The notes below the pieces were generated by a model. The model did no database searches. It saw only the letters and a list, made by a program, of their open reading frames with translations, and had not been told where the DNA came from. The position numbers and the translations under genes are program-made. A DNA stretch of 64,000 nt from NCBI GenBank assembly GCA_024137785.1, contig JAHRHZ010000074.1:9154004-9218003 (forward strand), written 5' to 3'. Of the stretch, positions 51,955 to 63,604 are shown piece after piece. Each line of letters starts with the position of its first letter. The first letter of the stretch is position 1. The DNA is from Ginglymostoma cirratum. Lineage: Eukaryota.

Positions 51955-53348
51955 GTACTGTAAACTGGAAAAATGCCTCATTTTAATGTCCAGAAATAGT
52001 CACTTAGTAATTCATGATCTTTTAATATGTTGATGTTTACACAGACTAGCTTATCGGGCATAACTACACTGTAAGTTGAAACGAGGCAATGCCCATGCTA
52101 CACAATCCTGTAAACCATTCGAAACCTGATTGTCAGCTATGAATTAACCTCTAAACAGAGGTGTACTCCCATTTTAAAATCTGAATTATAAGCTTCCATT
52201 ACGTAGCTATTATATTAGGAATACAGGCCAAGATTATCATCCAAAGACACAATTGGCGATCCCATTATAAATTGCATTCACAGTAAGCTTTGCAAAGTCG
52301 AGCTTTTCTTCAATTTCCATTCAAACCCAGTTGCACATTGTTAAACATGAAATCTTCCTGGACCATCCCAATGCAGCAGATGTTTTTAGAAAACTGTTGT
52401 TTTTAAATTTGTGTTTAAATAAATTGTTTTTCCCTGTCTGAGTGGTAATCTAGTTTTATCTTTACAAGGTAGTTTTATCATTACAAAAAAGTGGGTTTAT
52501 CATAAAAGATGAACATTTTTCAACAATGTCCGCATCTATGGATAAGCTGATTTTTAAATAACAAAAAAGGATTTTTTAAAATTAGGCAAACCCATCCCAA
52601 TTTTCAGATTCCAAGTAAAATCAAATTTCTAACTTTAGGTGCATTTACCACTTAAGGAGCTTAATTATAAAAGTCTTTTTGAAAGCCTGCAAATAGATGC
52701 AGTTGGCAGAAATGTCTAATAATAATTAATTCAATTTGGGCAGTGGACACAGGCAGCTTCCATCATGATATCACTTCAAACTGGAACAAAAATTACAAAA
52801 TATTAATTCGCATTGGATATAATTTGCACATGGAATTCCTCAAAGTTTTGCATTGGTTTGGCTGATTTTGGTAAATCAATGCAACCTACAGGTCCCAAAG
52901 GTACAGTTCCTCTGAATTTTGAAAAGGCAATTTCATTGGTCTTCAATATTATTTGAAGGTATGTGTTTAGGTTAAAGTGTTTGCAATAACTTTTGATGAA
53001 TGCTTTATTAATTTGTTTGAAAATACCCTCATGAGGAAATTATGAAGATAACTGTTTCTAGCTATCCTTTTCATTGTTTGCTAATGTACATAACAGGAGC
53101 CACTCCAGCAACAGCAATACATCACTGAGTTAATTTTATTCATAAGGACCTTCATAACTCACGTGTACCTGTCATCGTAAGGCATGCTTTTCACATTAAA
53201 ATTCAGCAGGGCATTACCATACATCAGAAGTAAAACGTTTTAACTTGCTGTATCCTTCTGATTTGCTAAAGGTCAAAACTTGTAGAAGCACGTTCTAAAA
53301 AGATGTAGTAATTGCTTTACTTCTAATGTCATCTTTGTTTCACTATAG

Positions 53349-53480
53349 GACTTAGCTGTTAGTAATGAAGATAACTTACCCGTGTACAATCGTTGTGCCG
53401 TACTGGCTCTGGTGGCTGCATACTTGAACTTTCTGAGTCAGATGATTGCAGTACCAGCTTTCTGTCAACATGTTAACAAG
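53349..53480 (+). CDS. EFR3A: EFR3A exon 10 in window (132 nt): DLAVSNEDNLPVYNRCAVLALVAAYLNFLSQMIAVPAFCQHVNK
   Basis: cactatAG / GTTGGT; ALVAAYLNF.SQMIAVPAFCQHV.K motif. Confidence 0.95.
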
Positions 53481-54316
53481 GTTGGTAGCTTAATTTTAAT
53501 AGTTTCATTCTAGGCTGACATAAAGCGGTCATTTTGTTACAATATCAGGTAATTGCTGGTTCCCATGGTACAGTAGTTCAAATTAATATTAGGAGAGTGT
53601 TTTATAATTGACAAGATTGTATTTCATATTTTATAGCTGATTTTTCTTTACTAATATATTGATTTTTTTTTTAATGTAGACAAAGCTGCTATATAGGCAT
53701 TTTGTTGTTAAAGAGGACTTGCTGTGTAACATATGCGGGTGAGGGAGAAATTGCCATTGTATCCTCAAAACCACATCCTTGATGGGAATGGAACAGCAGT
53801 GGCTGCCAAATTCCTGCAGAACTTGGGTGGGAATTTGCTTTACCTTATGGAAATTTAGACACATTAACTGGACCTTGGGTATCCTTAACCAGAATACTAA
53901 ATACTGCAGCACCTAGTGTTAACCCATTTACTTAAGCAGACTGCGTATGCCGGAAGACACGTAGGAGACTGTGAATATTGAGCCAGATAACTGGGCAGTC
54001 TTCATCACTTTGTTGTAATCTACAGTTTTGATTTCCATGTTAAACTTTATATTTCACAGCACATCAAAACCTCATTACAGCATTAGGTAAAAGATTAATC
54101 CTACTTGGTAAACACAATCTATAGAGCTGGAACAGTACCTTCATAGCTTGGGAATTATTTACGTATTTGCAGATGAAAACTAAACCATCACATGAGTATC
54201 TTTTTACTTGGATTCAAGTTTCATTTGATAATATTAGGGATTTAGTTTTGAAGTTTTTGGGTGATGTTCAGAATTATCCCACTTTAATTAACCACAACCC
54301 CTCTTGCTTTTCCAAG

Positions 54317-54384
54317 GTGATTGAAGTGAGAAGCAAAGAAGCATCCTATCTTTTGCCTGAATACATCTGCAGAGAAAAGTATGG
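54317..54384 (+). CDS. EFR3A: EFR3A exon 11 in window (68 nt): VIEVRSKEASYLLPEYICREKY(G)
   Basis: cttttccaAG / GTAAAT; VIE.R..EA.Y.LPE.I.R.K motif. Confidence 0.93.
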
Positions 54385-55224
54385 GTAAATATGTTACTTT
54401 ATAAATTAGTCTTTTGTCCATTTTGATCAATGAAAGTTGTGTTTTGTGGGGCCTCGTTAATCTATCCAAATCTTGATTTTAATACTCAATTCAAATGTAA
54501 AATCGATAATGGTAGAACTGTGTTCAATGTTCAGGGAATTAACTGTGCAGTGTCGTGAAAATAAGGCAAGAAATTGTGCTTGCCTGTAGGCTTTGAGCAA
54601 ATAAGGTAATATTGTATGAAATTATTCATGTACTTCAATAATAGAATTAATCCTGAAGTTCAGAATTTCATTGAAATAGCTATATTTGGATTAATTTCAT
54701 ATATGTATGCATGTTTTGTTTAATTGACCTAATGACCAAATGTATTAGTCAAAGATTACAAACATAGAAAACTACTGGGCTTGGTAGAATGATCAGCTTG
54801 TCTTTTGCTGTACCATGCTGTTGCATTATAATTCAGCACCCTGATGCTTCCACCTATCAGAAAGAGAATTCTTTCATGGAGGAGTTTTTAATACAAAAAA
54901 ATTCCTGAGCCACTTCAAGAAAAAGAATTTTGAGAAATTCTAATTTCACTGTGAAAGGTGATCAGAAAAAGTTCCAAGTGAGCATAATGACCAAGATAAA
55001 TCATCCATTGATCCATCTATTTTTTATTTGGAGTGTCCCTGGTCCTTATGAAAGATTTTCCATCTATGAGTTTGCAGAAAATTTGCAGTTGTGGCAAGGC
55101 CGAGCATTTTGCAGAAGATAAATTGATCTGATGAACAGCAAAAAAGACCGTCTCACGTCTAACTTAATTCTGTGTTTGTGTATCTTGTATGCCACGTCAC
55201 ATCAATTCTCTGGCTTTTTTTCTT

Positions 55225-55590
55225 TATTCTTTCATGGCAAACGGCTGCTAGCAAAGTCAGCATTTGTTGCCTGCCCCCCATTGCTCTTGCACTAACTAAC
55301 TAGCTAGGGCAGTTGAGGGTGGTTAAGAGCCAACCACATTGGTATAGGTCTGGTGTTGCATGGAGGCCAGATCAGGTAAAGACAGCCGGTTCCCTCCCAC
55401 AAAGAACATTAGTCACCAAGAAATAACTGTTAATTATTCACTGCCACAAAGACTAGCTGTCAATTACGCATTTATTCAATAAATTCAAATTCCACCATTT
55501 TACCATGGTGGGATTTGAGCCAGTATCTTCGGAACATTAGCCTGGGCCTCTGACCTAGTAGACATATGACGTTATCAGTTTGCCACTGTC
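55225..55590 (-). mobile_element. SINE of a multi-copy family (other copies at about 33385-33570, 50665-50925, 58105-58430)
   Basis: Shared block CAGCATTTGTTGCC..TTGC.CTTG..GGCAGTT.AG..TCAACCACATT..GGAGTCACAT..CAGA.CAGGTAA; tRNA-like box GGTGGGATTTGA.CC near 55507. Confidence 0.65.
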
Positions 55591-57681
55591 TTTCCAAACC
55601 GTAACAGGGTGGTGCACATGGTTAAAGCCATTTAAGATAAGTGACGAGGTTTTAAATTGACTGGATTGCCCTCAAATTTGGACCTGGAAAAGGGATGGAA
55701 AGTGCTTGAGAATGCATTTTGTGTCTGGACCTGAAGACAGTGGCTTTGATCTTCTCGGTACTTAGTTGGGTAAAATTTCTGTTGGTCCATTACTGGATAT
55801 TGAATAATCAGCATGACAAATAAAGCAGAAGAGGGATTAAGCGGGCAGCTATCTTATTGCAGGTTACTGTTGATGTCAGAAGAATATAGGACATTAATAA
55901 GTATTACAAATCATCAAAGATTCTTCTACACTTTATTTTCCTGAAGCAACAACAGAGAACCTGCAATATCCTTATGCCTCTAAGGAGGAGGTATAATCTA
56001 TCTAGTCAGTTCCATGAATACTTTATAATTTGAAAGGAGTGACATTGGTGCTAATAATGAAATGTTGCTTCTTGGATATTTAGTTGCAGAAAACAAAAAA
56101 GTTTTCCGTGTTTTAGATTTCATTGTATGCCTTTGCGTTAGTGTTCTAGATGTAGATCTCAATTATAATTGATGCATCTGATTTTTGCTTTCGGACATTT
56201 TACTCACAAGAAAAACATTGATCATTCTTAATTGCCTGTATAGATTCATGCAAAATTAAAATTTAATTTAGTGTCAGTGCCAGGATTTGCATATCATCAC
56301 TCAAACAACACATGATCTTTTGATTATCATAGTTCATCATTGTTGGCAGTAATGAGATTGCCACTTCTCAATTTACCGTGTTGGAATCTAGCCTGATCAA
56401 TTTGATTGTGTTCATGAATTATTTTGGGAATATATTTCATTTAAATGTTGCTGACGGCACTTTTTCCCGTATTACTTTGTCCCAAACTTTGCCACTTCTT
56501 AGGCTTTCTGAAATTTGTTTTTGTAACCATGATTTTGATGGAAAATAACATCATCATTAATGATTCTGATAGCTTTGTTTTGTTATTATCAGTTCAGCTG
56601 GTGAATCACAGTATTAACGCTGAAGATTACTGATCATACACAGGAACAGGAGTAAACCATTTTGGCTCTTCAAACCTGCATCACCATTTAATAAGATCAG
56701 GGCTGATCTTGTATCTTAAAATATATCAATGTTCCTTCACTGCTGTTGGGTTAAAAATCCTGGAACTCCCTCCCTTAACAGCATTGTGTGTGTACTGACA
56801 GCAAATGGACCTCAAGAATGTAGCTCATCACGACCACCTTCTAAAAGGGCCACTTGGGATGGGCAATAGATGCTGGCTCAGCCAGTGATAGCCAATATCA
56901 ATGAATTAATTTTTTAAAATCTAGCTGTGGTCTCTACTTTCCTGTCAGCATCCCATGACCCTTGACTTACTAGTCTTTGAATAATCTATCTATATCAGCC
57001 TTGGATACAAGTAAAAACCCAGGTTCCACTATCCTCTGGTGAAGAAAATTTTTCCTCATTTGCCCTAAAGGGAGACCTCGTATTCTTAAACTCTGTTCCA
57101 TAGTTTTCATCTCCTCCATTGGAGGGAATGTCCTCTTGGTATCCATCCTCTCCAGTCTCCTCAAGAGCTCAGCTTCCGACAAGACCACCCTTTGTCTTTA
57201 GCTGAAATGCCAATGCAGGCCATTTACAAGATTCTGGAAATATGACAATATAATCAACCTCAGTTTTTTTTTTGAGTCCAGCCAGGATGTCCATTTTTAA
57301 AAGAAATAAATTAAGCACAAAATTATATAAGTGAATACGGTTTCTGAGATTTCTCTCCATTCCCTCTGGCCATGACAATGTGTTAGCACTACAGTAATAC
57401 AGTACTTTGAGTACTCTCATCCTCTATAGAAACTTTATTTTTATGCCCTGTTTTTGATGCTTAATAAGTTATGAATTTTGCAGTGGCATACTTATGCAGT
57501 TGTGTGGGTTTAAACTGTCATTCAATTAATAAAAAGTTAGATCATATTCATATTTACAAATTTTGAGGATTTTATGACTTTATCACTTAGTAAACAGTGT
57601 AAATTTACTTTGAAAAATGTTAAGTTACAGGAGTTTTTATCAGTTCTGCAATATATGTAGTATTAAAATTTCTATTAATAG

Positions 57682-57809
57682 ATTACCCAAAACCCTGGAG
57701 ATACAAGACAAAAGCTGTCTTTTCTTGCAAAACAAGATTGCAGATGCGCTGGCTGGCAGTGGCTACAGTGTGGATAGACTGTCGGTGCCTTATGTACCCC
57801 AGCCTACAG
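57682..57809 (+). CDS. EFR3A: EFR3A exon 12 in window (128 nt): (G)LPKTLEIQDKSCLFLQNKIADALAGSGYSVDRLSVPYVPQPT
   Basis: taatAG / GTAAGA; GSGYSV.RLSVPYVPQ.T motif. The next exon was not seen before 64000. Confidence 0.95.
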
Positions 57810-58863
57810 GTAAGAGTGCAATTGCTTCAAACTGTAGAAAATGCAAACGTAAGTGGTAGTGATAAAAGCATTATGACAATATCATGAAGCTTGCTTCTAC
57901 AATGAATCATTCATTTACAGCTACTTTTACTTGAGCTTCTGATATAAAGGCAATAAAACATCTTTTCTATTTTTTTGCAACAGATGAAACAAATTCCAGA
58001 TGTTGTTTTTCAAGTCATAAGCTCCCAATAATGAATCATATTTTCAAGCAGGTTGCACAAAGTAGTTGGAAAAGCCACATTTTTTCCCACAAGGGTTTAT
58101 TTTGTTTATGTGATGTGAGCAGTGCTAACAAGACCAACATTTGTTTCCCACATGTAATTGCCCTTGAATCGAGTGGCTCGCTCTGGCCATTTCAGAACAC
58201 AGTTAACATTCAGCCACATTGCTTTGGACCTGGAATCACATGTAAGCAAATTTCCTTCCCCATGGAAATTAGTGACAATCAATCATGGTTTCACATTCAC
58301 CATAACTGAGACTAAATCTAGAACTGAAAATTAGTCAATTGAATTTAAATCCCACCAGCTACCTTAATGGGATGTGAACCAATGACCCCACTTCATTTGC
58401 TTGTGCCTCTACCACTGTAGCACCATCTCCACTTAGTGAGTGACTGGTAGAAATGCAGAATTCTAATGCTAAGTCAGTAAATTTATTTTATTTAGCAATT
58501 TGTGCCATGATGATGTGAAAAGGTGCTCACTATGTTGCAGATTGACACTTAATGGACATACAATCTAATTCAGAATTAGAATTAGTTTCATTGTCACAAA
58601 GAACCTGAGTACAAATCTTAGGTACAAAAATAGAGAAATAAAGAGAAAAGCTAAAAGTTCTACATTACATTTCTTCATAGTGTAAATTAGGAAGATAAAA
58701 TTTTTTTAAAAATGTTAGTCTTTCTGTAGCCTGCAGTCTCTTCATGCTGTGGACTTTGCACATGTGGTCTCATTTTCCCTGCACTACCAGGCTTGAGATC
58801 TCAACAGGCTGACCGCACCGGGCCCCAGTGAACCAGCCAACCCCTATGGGTTTCAACAAGCAG

Positions 58864-59070
58864 GAGATAGTAAGGACTGCAGATGCTGGAAGTCAGAGTC
58901 AATAAAATGTGGAGCTGGAGGAGCACAACAGGTCAGACGACATCTAACAAACAGGAAAGTCGACATTTTGGATCTGGACCCTTCATCAGGTTCAGACCTG
59001 AAACGTCGATTTTTGCTGTTACTGAGATGCTGTCTGACCTGCTGCACTCCTCCAGCTCCACATTTTATTG
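58864..59070. mobile_element. Fold-back PLE-terminal element (divergent family 1 variant)
   Basis: Starts GAGATAGTAAGGACTGCAGATGCTGGA. Arms CAATAAAATGTGGAGCTGGAGGAG / CTCCTCCAGCTCCACATTTTATTG. Minus-strand CTGATGAAGGGTCCAGATCC-AAAA-TG-TC at 58962-58989. Confidence 0.82.
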
Positions 59071-59269
59071 TCCCCGGCCGGCCGTCCCCGCTCCACGCTG
59101 GGCCCTCGGCTGCTGCAGTGCCTCTGATCTCTTGAGAAGCCAAAGTAGATTGAAAAAAACACTAAAAAATTTTAAAAATGACAATATGAACCAAACGGAA
59201 AGGATGAGACTGGAATATTGCCTACTCTGCCACTGACAGATTACCCACAAAATGTTGCCCTCAATTAGA

Positions 59270-59590
59270 AGTATAATACCAAGAAATGCTACACTGTCAG
59301 AGGCACTGTCTCTTGGACAAGACTTTCTCTGCTTGTAAAGTGACCTATGGCACTATTTAAAGAAGGGAAGGGGTGTTAATTTGACTGCAAGAATAATATT
59401 TCTCATGCCAGCACCACTAATTCAGGTCATCTGATTATTTATCTTGAAGCTAATTGTGGAACATTTTCATAAATTGACTCTCTTAGTTGCACTACATTGC
59501 AATGGTAAGTTCACTTCGAATGTATGACACTAACTGAAATAATTTGGCATGGCCTTACGCTTGGCAGAGGGCTATATAACTGCAAACATA
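59270..59590 (+). mobile_element. Deu-domain (SacSINE1-like) SINE, decayed
   Basis: TGCTACACTGTCAGAGG..CC.ATGGCACTATTT.AAGAAG..CTACATT.CAA..GCTATATAA.TGCAA motif order. Confidence 0.5.
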
Positions 59591-59709
59591 CTCTGACTTC
59601 TCCTTCCCATTTCTCTTTCTTTTCCCTCTCCACTCTAGTTAACTGATTTGTCTTTTTGGTGTAGATCTGCTCAGGTCCCGGAACAGAGACCATAAGCCCT
59701 TGTGTGTTA

Positions 59710-59807
59710 GAGATAACAAGGTGTGGAGCTGGATGAACACAGCAGGCCAAGCAGCATCACAGGAGCAGGAAAGCTTGACGTTTCGGGCCTAGACCCTTCA
59801 TCAGAAA
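59710..59807 (-). mobile_element. Solo PLE-terminal unit (family 1)
   Basis: GAGATAACAAGG...TTCATCAGAAA; same end points as 43966-44048. Confidence 0.85.
59774..59807 (-). ncRNA. Minimal type-I hammerhead ribozyme motif (intact core, antisense to the host gene)
   Basis: The reverse complement reads ttt-CTGATGA-A-GGGT CTAG GCCC-GAAA-CG-TC-aag. Confidence 0.75.
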
Positions 59808-60299
59808 CCTGTTTCTGGGCCTCACTTCCCCAGCCCCTTTAATCCTCCTCTCGCATCTCAGATCTACGGCCTATAATGATACTTGAGTCGAAGTGTCTAT
59901 GTAGGTTTAGCAAAACCTATTGGTTTTTGTTCTCTATTCCCCTCTCTATAAAGCCCATCAAAAGCTCAGGTTTCATTGTGATACACTTTACAACCACAAC
60001 ATTGTCAGACATTTGCACACAATTTGATCATTAATATTATGGAACCAGCTCCATTTCTTAGAACCTGGACCTGTGCAATATCCAAAGAGTAGCATTCACT
60101 GTGGTTTTGTTAACAGATAATTTACTCTTTGTATTGACCAATAAATGTTTTCTTCAAGCAAAACTAAAACACATGTTTGGTCATCACCCCATCAAGAAAG
60201 AGGTCAGGCCGCTGACAGGGCACCATCGGCAGGCACCCACATGACATTTTGTAGATGGGAGAGTGTGAAGGGTCTTGTCAGAAAGTGGATTTGGGGATA

Positions 60300-62375
60300 G
60301 AGCCTTTCAGTTAGACCATGGCTGATCATCTGTGTTGATACAGGTATAGCATGTGACGGTTGCATCTCTGGATGTCATTTGTATTTGGAAGTCTTTCAAT
60401 TTTTGTCTTCATACTGAATTATTGAGCTTCCACATCCCTCTGGGATAGAAAATCCTGAGATTTATTAGCTTCTAAATGAAGAAATTCCTCATCATCTCAG
60501 TCTTAAATGGGCTACCTCTTTTCTGACGCTAAGTCCCGTGGTTCCCCAGTCAGGGAAACATCCTGTCTACATCCACTTGGTAAGAATTTATAAATTTCAG
60601 TGCAGTCACTTTTCATTCTTCAAAACCCTGGAGGGTGCAGCCCCAATTTCTTCCATCCCTCTTCGTAAAATTATTCTGCCATCCCAGGGATTAATTGAGT
60701 GAACCTTCCCTGCTCTCACTATTGTTAAGTATATCATCCTTGGATAAGGAGACTAAAACTGTACGCAGTGCTTGAAGTGCAAGTTCACCGAGGCTCGATA
60801 CGATCTTAGCAAGACAACTTTACTCCTGTACTCGAGTCCTGTTGCAGTGAAGATCAGCACACCATTTGCTGCCTTACTTGTTTTCTGCATTAGTATGCTA
60901 GCTTTTCGTAATTCATGAGGAAGGGCACCTGGGTCTGTTTAGACATCAACACTCTTGAACCTTGAGATTTAAAAAAAATCTTGTCTCTTTCTGTTTTTCC
61001 ATGGATAACTTTATACTTGCATTTACTATCATTTTCCATGTCCTTAACGATTCAGTTAGCCTGGCCAAGCCCCCATGAACCTCCCCCTTGCATCCTTCTC
61101 ACAACTTAGATTTCTATATAGTTTTATGTAACAGCAAGTTTAGAAATATTATATGTGCTCCCCATATCCAAATCATTTATGTAGATTGTGAATAGCCTTG
61201 GCCCCAGCATTGATCCTTTTGATGCACGCTAGTAATATTATGTCATTTATTCTTATTCTGTCTATTGTTAGTTAAACAATGCTCTGTCCATACTAATTAT
61301 TGCTCCTAATTCCATATGTTTCACATACAAGGAGCTATCAGCATGGCTTACCATTGAGAGAGCAAGTCAAGTCAAGGAAAAGGGCCTGGAGGTGGGAGAG
61401 TGGGTGGTGTGATGAAAGAGCAATCGGCCAACATGGGACATTGAGGGAGAATATGAGGACCAACTCTGAGCCTAAGGAAGGCTAGAAAATCGTAACCAGT
61501 GCCTCTGCAGTTTTATTTCCCGTCCTCCTCATTACCCTCGAATGCCACTCATCCGGTCCTGGTACCGTATCAACTTTAAGGTGCGACGGTCTATTCAATA
61601 CCTCCATTTATCAATTTTAAAACTTCACGTGTCTGAATTACTTCCTTTTTCACCGTGCGCTGGCAGCACCTTTCTTGGTAAAGACAGATGCAAAGGGCTG
61701 AATCTTGCATTTTTTTTCTGGTTAAGTCACGTTCTGTTGAGGTGTTATCATTGATGCATGTGAATTCTTATGTCCTATCTTACCAAACTCTCCTCATTAA
61801 TTACCTACCATGCACGTGGCATCTCTCGTCCAATTTCCATCCCATCTTTTTGAGCACCATACTAACAACAACTCATCTACCCAATGAACATCCCGGAATT
61901 CATAAGCCCATAAGAAACTGAAGCACACCATTCAGCCCATCAAGTCTGCTGTGCCATTCGATGAGATCATGGCTGATGTTCACTTTCAGGTTCCCAATAA
62001 TAATCCATTCCTTTACTGATGAAAAATCTGTTTATCTCTGCCTTGTCTATACTTAACCCAGTATGTTTAGACTTCTGTAGTAAAGAATTGTACAAATTGA
62101 TTACCCTTTAAGAGAAGAAATTCCCCCACATCTGTCTTAAATGTGCAGCTTCTTATTCTGAGATTACGTCTGCTGGTCCTGGACTCTCCTATGAGGGGAA
62201 ACAATTTTGCCACATCTAACCTATCAAGCCCCCTAAGAATCTTGTACATTTCAATAAGATTGCCGCTCATTCTTTTAAACTGCAATGAGTACAGGCCCAA
62301 CCTATTCAACCTCTCATCATAAGATAGCCCTCCATACCTAGATCAGCCTAGTAAATGTTCTCTGGACTGTCCCAA
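60300..62375 (-). mobile_element. CR1 LINE fragments
   Basis: LNRLGLYSLQFKRMSGNLIEMYKILRGLDRLD (62067-62309) and further RT remnants. Confidence 0.75.
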
Positions 62376-63390
62376 GGTGTGAGGTGAGAGTAAATTGATA
62401 AAATGGCATTCTATTTATTAATGAAGTATGTTGTGGTGTTAATGATGTGTTTAACAAGCAATAATGACCATCCAATGGCATCTTGCTATTGCCTAGCACA
62501 AAGATCGCCACGCTTATTGTGAAAAGTATCAAAGATATGGAGCAAGGTCATCTTGACGTAGAGATGAGCTTCACTGCACTTGTCGCCCAAATCTGCCACA
62601 CGTCCACCTGAGCCTACGTATGAATCCACCCAAAGTGTTTACGTAATATCTCCGCTTTGCCTCCATGTACATGTCCTCTTTGGTTCCTCATCAGCCCCAT
62701 TCCTCCTCCTGCCATCATTTTACTATATGAAATCACACAATTTGAAGCAGTCTTTTCTCTATGGAATAACACAGCAGCCTGTTCATTAAAGATGTCATTG
62801 GTGATTTAGACAATAGACATTGGGGTACAGGAGTAGGCCATTCGGCCCTTCAAGCTAGCACCACCATTCATTATGATCATGGCTGATCATCTAGTATTGC
62901 TTACTTAAAAGGGTAGCTGATCAGTTTGGTAATTTCAAAAGCTTCAAGCTTCCATTTGGTTTGAAGTATTCTATCTGAGAAAAGATACTTGCTTGGTCAT
63001 ATTGATTAACTATAATGCATTAACATAACCATAATGAGTATCTTTTCCTATATACAGTACTTACAAAGTGCATACAAATGTGTCCTTCCTATTCATTGTT
63101 CCTTTCTATTTTTTTTAACACTTATTATGACTCTTCTCTGACTTATCTCTTGCATTTAGTCCACAACCAGCTTTTTCCTTCACGATAACCCAAGCATAAG
63201 TGCAGGCGGAAATCAAGAGGTAAACGTTGGCTTAGATAGAGCTGCATCATGTAAAAAGACATGGATGCACCTGAGTGATAAATATTAGCTCACTTGGTTG
63301 CTGCTTTTACAGTAGTTAATAGACTTTCACAAAACAAAATCCCCAAAAGCTACAGATGTTAGCTCAAAAGCCAAAGGCATAGTTGTGCCA

Positions 63391-63604
63391 GAGATAGTAG
63401 GAACTGCAGATGCTGGAGAATCTGAGATAACAGGGTGTAGACCTAGATGAACACAGCAGGCCAAGCAGTATCAGGGGAGCAGGGAGGCTGATGTTTCAGG
63501 CCTAGACCCTCCTTCAGAAATTTCTGAAGAAGCTTCTAGGCCTGAAACGTCAGCCTCCCTGCTCCTCTGACGCTGCTTGGCCTGCTGTGTTCGTCCAGCT
63601 CTAC
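63391..63604. mobile_element. Spacer-less palindromic PLE-terminal element (family 1) with two back-to-back hammerhead motifs
   Basis: Symmetry axis CTTCAGAAA|TTTCTGAAG at 63520/63521, arms about 84 nt. Perfect 15-bp direct repeat GGCATAGTTGTGCCA at 63376-63390 and 63605-63619. Confidence 0.9.

Noticed and set aside
57982-58010. Candidate next EFR3A exon after CAG|ATGAA
   Set aside because: The translation does not continue into the expected DEDRL..RKS sequence; the true exon is probably beyond the window.
6913-63604. Interpreting the hairpin elements as DNA-transposon MITEs or CRISPR repeats
   Set aside because: The arms are asymmetric, match PLE 3' ends, have long flanking duplications and are dispersed. 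There is no spacer array, cas gene or transposase, and the DNA is eukaryotic.
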